Positions 6,320 through 10,963 of a DNA stretch of 10,963 nt are shown here, one piece after another. Each line of letters begins with the position of its first letter. Position 1 is the stretch's first letter. A program made the translations under genes and the position numbers. The notes under the pieces are model-generated. The model was given only the letters and a program-made list of their open reading frames with translations, made no database searches and was not told the origin of the DNA. Source of the stretch: a virus; the UHGV virus genome UHGV-0234540. The stretch is one strand, 5' to 3'.

Positions 6320-7129
6320 ATGAATAATCTGATGGTTATTGATGGTATTGAAGTTCGTCGTGATGTTTATGGGCGTTACAGCCTGAACGATCTGCATCGC
6401 GCAGCAGTAGCATCTGGTGCAAATGCCAGAACCAAGGAGCCAGGAAAGTTTCTTTCCAGCCAACAAACTGTTGAACTTGTTCATGAATTGACCAACACCC
6501 AGAATTTGGGTGTTGACCCGGTGAGTGTGATTCATGGGGGAAATGAACGGGGAACTTATGTCTGCAAGGAACTGGTGTATGCCTATGCAATGTGGATCAG
6601 CCCGTCATTCCATCTGAAGGTGATCCGTACTTTCGATATGGTAACCAGCGCACCGGAAAAATTATCCGGGCAGGCTGCTGACAAGATGCAGGCTGGCGTG
6701 ATTCTGCTGGACTTTATGCGCCGGGAGTTAAACCTGTCTAACTCATCTGTGCTTGGGGCCTGTCAGAAACTCCAGGAGGCTGTTGGCTTACCGAATCTGG
6801 CACCACGCTATGCCATTGATGCTCCTGCTGACGCGCCTGATGGCTCAAGCCGCCCCACGCTGTCACTGAGTGCACTGCTGAAGCAGTATGGTATCCGCCT
6901 GACAGCTAATCAGGCATATCACCAGATGGTGAAGCTGGGGATCGTCGAGCAGCGCGAACGATACAGCCGTACCGCGATTAACAACATCAAAAAATTCTGG
7001 TCGCTGACAGCGAAAGGCTGCATGTTCGGCAAGAATATCACCAGTCCCGCAAATCCGCGCGAGACGCAGCCGCATTTCTTCGAATCCCGATTCCCTGAGC
7101 TGTTAAAGCTGCTCGATACCGTTCATTGA
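6320..7129 (+). CDS. KilA-N domain protein with uncharacterised C-terminal domain
   Basis: N-terminal ~110 aa fits the KilA-N pattern (RYSLNDLHRAA...KELVYAYAMWISPSFHLKVI). Strong SD AGGAGA upstream. Confidence 0.7.
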   Translation: MNNLMVIDGIEVRRDVYGRYSLNDLHRAAVASGANARTKEPGKFLSSQQTVELVHELTNTQNLGVDPVSVIHGGNERGTYVCKELVYAYAMWISPSFHLKVIRTFDMVTSAPEKLSGQAADKMQAGVILLDFMRRELNLSNSSVLGACQKLQEAVGLPNLAPRYAIDAPADAPDGSSRPTLSLSALLKQYGIRLTANQAYHQMVKLGIVEQRERYSRTAINNIKKFWSLTAKGCMFGKNITSPANPRETQPHFFESRFPELLKLLDTVH

Positions 7130-7130
7130 G

Positions 7131-8126
7131 GTGACCGTGAGAGCACTACTGACCCCTGAAATTGCCCCGCGTATGGGGATCGTATTGTTCAGGCCAGGTT
7201 CAGAGTTGATGCCCCTGTTTATGCAGGGGCGTGTCCTGCTGGAGCCTGAGCCGGAACGTTATTCATCTTTCGCCAGTGGTGCAGTTCCGGCGGCATCACA
7301 ACCGCTGGCGGATGATCCTGCCGTTCGGGCCGTGTTCCGCAATGAGGCAGTGATCCGTCGTGCTGGTGGCGTGGAATGTCTTGAAAGCTGGTTACTTCGT
7401 GAAAAAGGCTGCCAGTGGCCTCATTCCGACTGGCACAGCGAGAACATGACCACAATGCGACACGCTCCGGGCGCAATCCGTCTGTGCTGGCACTGCGATA
7501 ACCAGCTGCGCGATCAGTTCACGGAACGGCTGGAATCAATGGCAACGGATAACTGTGCCCGCTGGGTGTTGTCTGTTGTGCGTCGGGATCTCGGTTTTGA
7601 TGACAGTCACGTTGTGACAATGCCGGAACTGTGCTGGTGGCTGATTCGTAATGACCTGGCGGATGCCTTACCGGAAAGTGCAGCCCGTAAGGCACTGAGA
7701 TTACCGAAGCCTGTTGTGCCGTCTGTCTCCCGGGAAAGTGACCTTGTGCCTTCGGTTCCTGCCACCAGCATCATCCAGGATAAGGCGAAAAAGGTGCTGG
7801 CGCTGAAAGTGGATCCGGAGTCGCCGGAGTCTTTTATGTTACGCCCAAAACGTCGCCGCTGGGTTAATGAAAAGTACACGCGCTGGGTTAAGACACAGCC
7901 GTGTGCATGTTGTGGAAAGCCCGCTGATGATCCCCACCACCTGATAGGTCACGGTCAGGGGGGAATGGGAACAAAAGCGCATGACCTTTTTGTGTTGCCT
8001 TTGTGCAGAAAGCATCACGACGAGCTGCATGCGGATACCGTGGCATTTGAAGAGAAGTATGGCTCCCAGCTGGAGCTGATATTTCGTTTTATCGATCGTG
8101 CGCTGGCAATTGGCGTGCTGGCGTAA
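7131..8126 (+). CDS. DUF968 / Ref-like protein with C-terminal HNH-type nuclease motif
   Basis: C-terminus CACCGKPADDPHHLIGHGQGGMGTKAHDLFVLPLCRKHHDELH is a Cys/His HNH signature like the P1 Ref family (from memory). GTG start at 7131 immediately after the upstream stop; start is uncertain. Confidence 0.65.
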   Translation: MTVRALLTPEIAPRMGIVLFRPGSELMPLFMQGRVLLEPEPERYSSFASGAVPAASQPLADDPAVRAVFRNEAVIRRAGGVECLESWLLREKGCQWPHSDWHSENMTTMRHAPGAIRLCWHCDNQLRDQFTERLESMATDNCARWVLSVVRRDLGFDDSHVVTMPELCWWLIRNDLADALPESAARKALRLPKPVVPSVSRESDLVPSVPATSIIQDKAKKVLALKVDPESPESFMLRPKRRRWVNEKYTRWVKTQPCACCGKPADDPHHLIGHGQGGMGTKAHDLFVLPLCRKHHDELHADTVAFEEKYGSQLELIFRFIDRALAIGVLA

Positions 8127-8139
8127 GTGGAGAACGAGC

Positions 8140-8892
8140 ATGAACCTTGAAGCCTTACCAAAATATTACTCCCCAAAATCTCCAAAATTGAGTGATGACG
8201 CACCGGCGACAGGCTCGGGTGGTTTAACAATTACAGATGTGATGGCTGCGCAGGGGATGGTGCAGTCGAAAGCACCGCTTGGGTTTGCCTTATTCCTGGC
8301 AAAAGTTGGTGTTCAGGATCCTCAGTTTGCGATTGAAGGTCTGCTCAATTACGCGATGGCACTGGATAACCCGACATTGAACAAATTGAGTGAAGAAACC
8401 CGGTTACAGATCATCCCTTACCTTGTGAATTTTGCCTTTGCTGATTATTCCAGGTCTGCGGCAAGTAAGGCTCGCTGTGAGCATTGTGCTGGTACTGGAT
8501 TTCATAATGTATTGCGCGAAGTGGTGAAACACTCCAGAAGCGGGGAATCTGTTATCAAGGAAGAGTGGGTGAAGGAACTGTGTCAGCATTGTCATGGTAA
8601 GGGAGAAGTCAGCACAGCGTGCAGAGGGTGTAAGGGTAAAGGTATTGTCCTGGATGAAAAAAGAACCCGGCTTCATGGCACGCCTGTTTATAAGGTTTGT
8701 GGGCGTTGCAATGGAAACCGGTTTAGCCGTTTACCAACCACACTGGCGCGGCTTCATGTCCAGAAGCTGGTACCAGACCTGACGGATTATCAGTGGTACA
8801 AAGGATATGCAGATGTCATTGATAAACTGGTTACAAAGTGCTGGCAGGAAGAAGCATATGCAGAGATACAATTGAGAAAGGTGACAAGATAA
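8140..8892 (+). CDS. Q: Late-gene antitermination protein Q (zinc-finger type)
   Basis: Last gene before the candidate late promoter and terminator and the lysis genes. Four CxxC motifs (CEHCAGTG, CQHCHGKG, CRGCKGKG, CGRCNGNR). ATG 8140 with GTGGAG SD is preferred over the longer ORF start at 8098. Confidence 0.7.
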   Translation: MNLEALPKYYSPKSPKLSDDAPATGSGGLTITDVMAAQGMVQSKAPLGFALFLAKVGVQDPQFAIEGLLNYAMALDNPTLNKLSEETRLQIIPYLVNFAFADYSRSAASKARCEHCAGTGFHNVLREVVKHSRSGESVIKEEWVKELCQHCHGKGEVSTACRGCKGKGIVLDEKRTRLHGTPVYKVCGRCNGNRFSRLPTTLARLHVQKLVPDLTDYQWYKGYADVIDKLVTKCWQEEAYAEIQLRKVTR

Positions 8893-8923
8893 ATGGTTTT
8901 CGCCGAAGATGACGACATGATGC

Positions 8924-8952
8924 TTGCGTTTTTCAAAAAATATGGATAAGAT
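8924..8952 (+). promoter_or_regulatory. Candidate late promoter PR' (-35 TTGCGT 8924-8929, -10 TAAGAT 8947-8952), with the Q-utilisation region expected nearby
   Basis: A -35/-10 pair with 17-bp spacing 30-60 nt downstream of the Q stop and ~50 nt upstream of the intrinsic terminator, as for lambda PR'-tR'. Hexamers are imperfect. Confidence 0.3.
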
Positions 8953-8998
8953 TTTCACAACGATGGGCTTTGTATGTCTACCGTTGATAAGATTTAAG

Positions 8999-9023
8999 AA
9001 CCCGCCACTGAGCGGGTTTTTTT
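8999..9023 (+). terminator. Rho-independent terminator (tR'-like)
   Basis: Stem AACCCGC (8999-9005) / GCGGGTT (9012-9018), loop CACTGA, followed by a T-run to 9023. Confidence 0.7.
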
Positions 9024-9145
9024 GTACCTGTAAACTTGGTGCAGTACAGTAAACACGCTGGTGGTCGTGAATACTGACTTTTTATCTTGCTGGCTTTTTA
9101 GACAAGAGTTACTGGTATGTCATGTTAACCAGAAGGGAAAAAGAC

Positions 9146-9349
9146 ATGCTAAAACAGCAAGATATGACAGAAACCGCCGCCGCAGTCCTTCATTTCTTAC
9201 CTGCTGACAAGTGGGTAACGCCACGCATGATGACGAGAACTACCGGAGTAAGCGAAGCCCGGTGCCAGTTAATACTGACTCAGTTAGTTCTGGCGGGGCT
9301 GGCGAAGGATAACGGCGGGTACGGGAATAAATTCAGACGCTGCCAGTAA
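9146..9349 (+). CDS. Small putative winged-helix DNA-binding protein (67 aa)
   Basis: ATG 9146 with AGAAGGGA SD 7 nt upstream is preferred over ATG 9122. The segment WVTPRMMTRTTGVSEARCQLILTQLVLAGLA has a winged-helix-like pattern resembling the N-terminal domain of the 4450-4938 protein. Confidence 0.45.
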   Translation: MLKQQDMTETAAAVLHFLPADKWVTPRMMTRTTGVSEARCQLILTQLVLAGLAKDNGGYGNKFRRCQ

Positions 9350-9499
9350 TGGCGGTTTCCTGCTGTGAAAATGGGCGGCTGGTGGGTGTTGGTAGCACCT
9401 GCCAGCCATTCGCTCATGCTTACTGGTCACAAGCGAACCACGGCCCACTGCTTTAGCGCAAAAGCAGAGTGAGCCTACCAGAGTTACGCTTACTGATCC

Positions 9500-10552
9500 A
9501 TGAAAAATACTGTAAAAATAAACAGTGTTGATTTAATCAACGCTGATTGCCTGCATTTTATTCAGTCCCTGCCTGATGATTCCATTGACCTGATTGTTAC
9601 CGATCCGCCGTACTTCAAGGTGAAACCCAACGGCTGGGACAATCAGTGGAAAGGGGACGAAGATTACCTTAAGTGGCTGGACCACTGTCTGGCCCAGTTC
9701 TGGCGGGTGTTAAAACCTGCCGGAAGCCTTTACCTGTTCTGTGGGCATCGCCTGGCATCTGATATTGAGATCATGATGCGTGAACGTTTCAACGTGCTTA
9801 ACCATATCATCTGGGCGAAGCCGTCCGGACGTTGGAATGGGTGTAATAAAGAAAGTCTGCGCGCATATTTTCCTGCCACAGAGCGCGTTCTGTTTGCTGA
9901 ACATTACCAGGGGCCATATCGCGGCAAAAGTGACGGCTATGCGGCAAAAGAAAGGGAACTCAAACAGCACATAATGGCACCGCTGATATCGTATTTCAGG
10001 GATGCTCGTGCCGAACTGGGTATAACGGCAAAACAAATTGCCGAAGCCACAGGTAAGAAAAATATGGTTTCCCACTGGTTTGGTGCCAGTCAGTGGCAGT
10101 TGCCGAATGAGGCTGACTATCGGAAGTTACAGGCACTGTTTTCCCGTATAGCGGCAGAGAAGTTTCAGGAACAACAACTGGAACAACCACACCACCAGCT
10201 GGTGGCATCTTATGATTCACTGAATCGCAAATATTCTGAATTGCTGGATGAGTTTAAATCTCTCCGGCGCTATTTCTCCGTATCAGTCTCCGTGCCTTAT
10301 ACCGATGTCTGGATGCATAAACCCGTTCAGTTCTACCCGGGTAAACATCCGTGTGAGAAACCGGCGGATATGCTCAGGCAAATAATCAATGCCAGTAGTC
10401 GACCTGGTGATCTGGTTGCTGATTTTTTTATGGGATCCGGTTCCACAATAAAAGCAGCAATGGCGCTGGGGCGTCGGGCCTTAGGTGTTGAGCTTGAGTC
10501 AGAGCGGTTTAACCAGACAGTGAAAGAGATAAACGAGCTGGTGGGGAAATAA
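9500..10552 (+). CDS. Orphan beta-class DNA methyltransferase (N6-adenine or N4-cytosine type)
   Basis: Motif IV DPPY (LIVTDPPYF) near the N-terminus and motif I FFMGSGST near the C-terminus give the beta-class order. A central insertion (residues ~150-250) contains an HTH-like stretch ([13 protein letters not shown]). No cognate endonuclease adjacent. Confidence 0.85.
9508..9527. promoter_or_regulatory. SOS-box-like palindrome TACTGTAAAAATAAACAGTG (CTGT-N8-ACAG) within codons 3-9 of the methyltransferase
   Basis: Matches the E. coli LexA box consensus TACTGT-(AT)4-ACAGTA at 11 of 12 arm positions with an all-A/T spacer. It is the only CTGT-N8-ACAG found in the window by manual scan. Confidence 0.35.
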
Positions 10553-10558
10553 TCTGGT

Positions 10559-10580
10559 GGCCACGTCAGGTGGCCTTTTT
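10559..10580 (+). terminator. Rho-independent terminator after the methyltransferase
   Basis: Stem GGCCAC (10559-10564) / GTGGCC (10570-10575), loop GTCAG, then TTTTT (10576-10580), 7 nt after the stop at 10550-10552. Confidence 0.55.
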
Positions 10581-10619
10581 ATTTCCATTACACAGCACCC
10601 GCATCTGCGAGGTGGGGTT

Positions 10620-10835
10620 ATGAAATCCATGGATAAGTTAACAACGGGTGTCGCCTATGGCACCTCAGCAGGTAGTGCCGGGTACTGGTTTTTACAGTTG
10701 CTCGATAAAGTCACGCCCTCACAGTGGGCGGCAATAGGTGTGCTGGGTAGTCTGGTATTTGGCCTGCTGACGTACCTGACAAACCTTTATTTCAAGATTA
10801 AAGAAGATAAGCGCAAGGCTGCGAGAGGTGAATAA
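10620..10835 (+). CDS. essD: Class II pinholin, phage-21 S-type (EssD-like), dual-start MKSM motif
   Basis: [26 protein letters not shown]...[19 protein letters not shown] closely matches recalled S21/EssD. Two predicted TM helices. Met1-Lys-Ser-Met4 dual start. GAGGTGGGG SD. The ORF-track start at 10557 is rejected because it runs through the terminator hairpin. Confidence 0.85.
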
Positions 10836-10963
10836 TGCCTCCATCATTACGAAAAGCAGTTGCTGCTGCTATTGGTGGCGGAGCAATTGCTATAGCATCA
10901 GTGTTAATCACTGGCCCAAGTGGTGACGATGGCCTGGAAGGTGTCAGCTACATACCATACAAA
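10835..10963 (+). CDS. rrrD: SAR endolysin (lysozyme), phage-21 R-type (RrrD-like); N-terminal 43 codons, continues past window end
   Basis: [43 protein letters not shown] matches the recalled N-terminus of R21/RrrD including the Gly/Ala-rich signal-anchor-release helix. ATG overlaps the holin stop (TAATG). Confidence 0.85.
   Translation, partial: MPPSLRKAVAAAIGGGAIAIASVLITGPSGDDGLEGVSYIPYK

Noticed and set aside
9028-9049. Second possible LexA box near CTGT at 9028 and ACAG at 9046
   Set aside because: The spacer is 14 nt rather than 8, so it does not fit the CTGT-N8-ACAG architecture.
2340-10220. Numerous antisense or out-of-frame ORFs of 60-193 aa overlapping annotated genes (e.g. 2340-2531 -, 2923-3264 +, 3241-3513 -, 4709-4981 -, 5154-5735 -, 5344-5856 +, 6263-6535 -, 7607-7879 -, 7839-8141 -, 8404-8676 -, 8731-8958 -, 9710-10075 -, 9996-10220 -)
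   Set aside because: Each lies entirely within or antisense to a gene with motif support. Their translations are low-complexity, and such ORFs are expected by chance in GC-rich coding DNA.
1-10963. Integrase, attachment site, tRNA genes, IS elements or toxin genes that often accompany lambdoid prophages
   Set aside because: Searched by eye for tyrosine-recombinase C-terminal motifs, tRNA T-loop-like sequences (GGTTCGAATCC), terminal inverted repeats with transposase ORFs, and a toxin gene downstream of Q. None found. The partial ORF at 1-126 does not fit a recombinase C-terminus.

Overview
This window reads as a contiguous segment of a lambdoid (lambda / P22 / phage-21-like) enterobacterial prophage in canonical early-to-late order. 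From left to right: an unexplained GC-rich non-coding block and an AT-rich moron where lambda carries rexAB; a leftward cI-type S24-peptidase repressor (1642-2268) divergent from cro (2366-2566) with CTAAG-N4-CTTAG operator palindromes between them; a cII-like regulator; an O-type replication initiator with internal iterons; a nin-like block (PerC-like regulator, Dam-family methyltransferase, LexA-DNA-binding-domain-only protein, RusA, KilA-N protein, DUF968/Ref-like HNH protein); antiterminator Q with a candidate late promoter and intrinsic terminator; a late-region moron (small winged-helix protein plus orphan methyltransferase with its own terminator); and the start of a phage-21-type lysis cassette (dual-start pinholin, SAR endolysin). 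No integrase, att site, tRNA, CRISPR array or IS element was seen. The most interesting signals are a LexA DBD-only paralogue, a near-consensus SOS box at the 5' end of the late methyltransferase, a strongly coding-like reading frame (3337-3516) missed by the ATG-only ORF track, a strand-biased excess of Chi octamers, and the structured non-coding block plus AT-rich moron beside the repressor. I found no clearly novel multi-gene system; these are candidates only. All protein family calls come from motifs recalled from memory, not from database searches.
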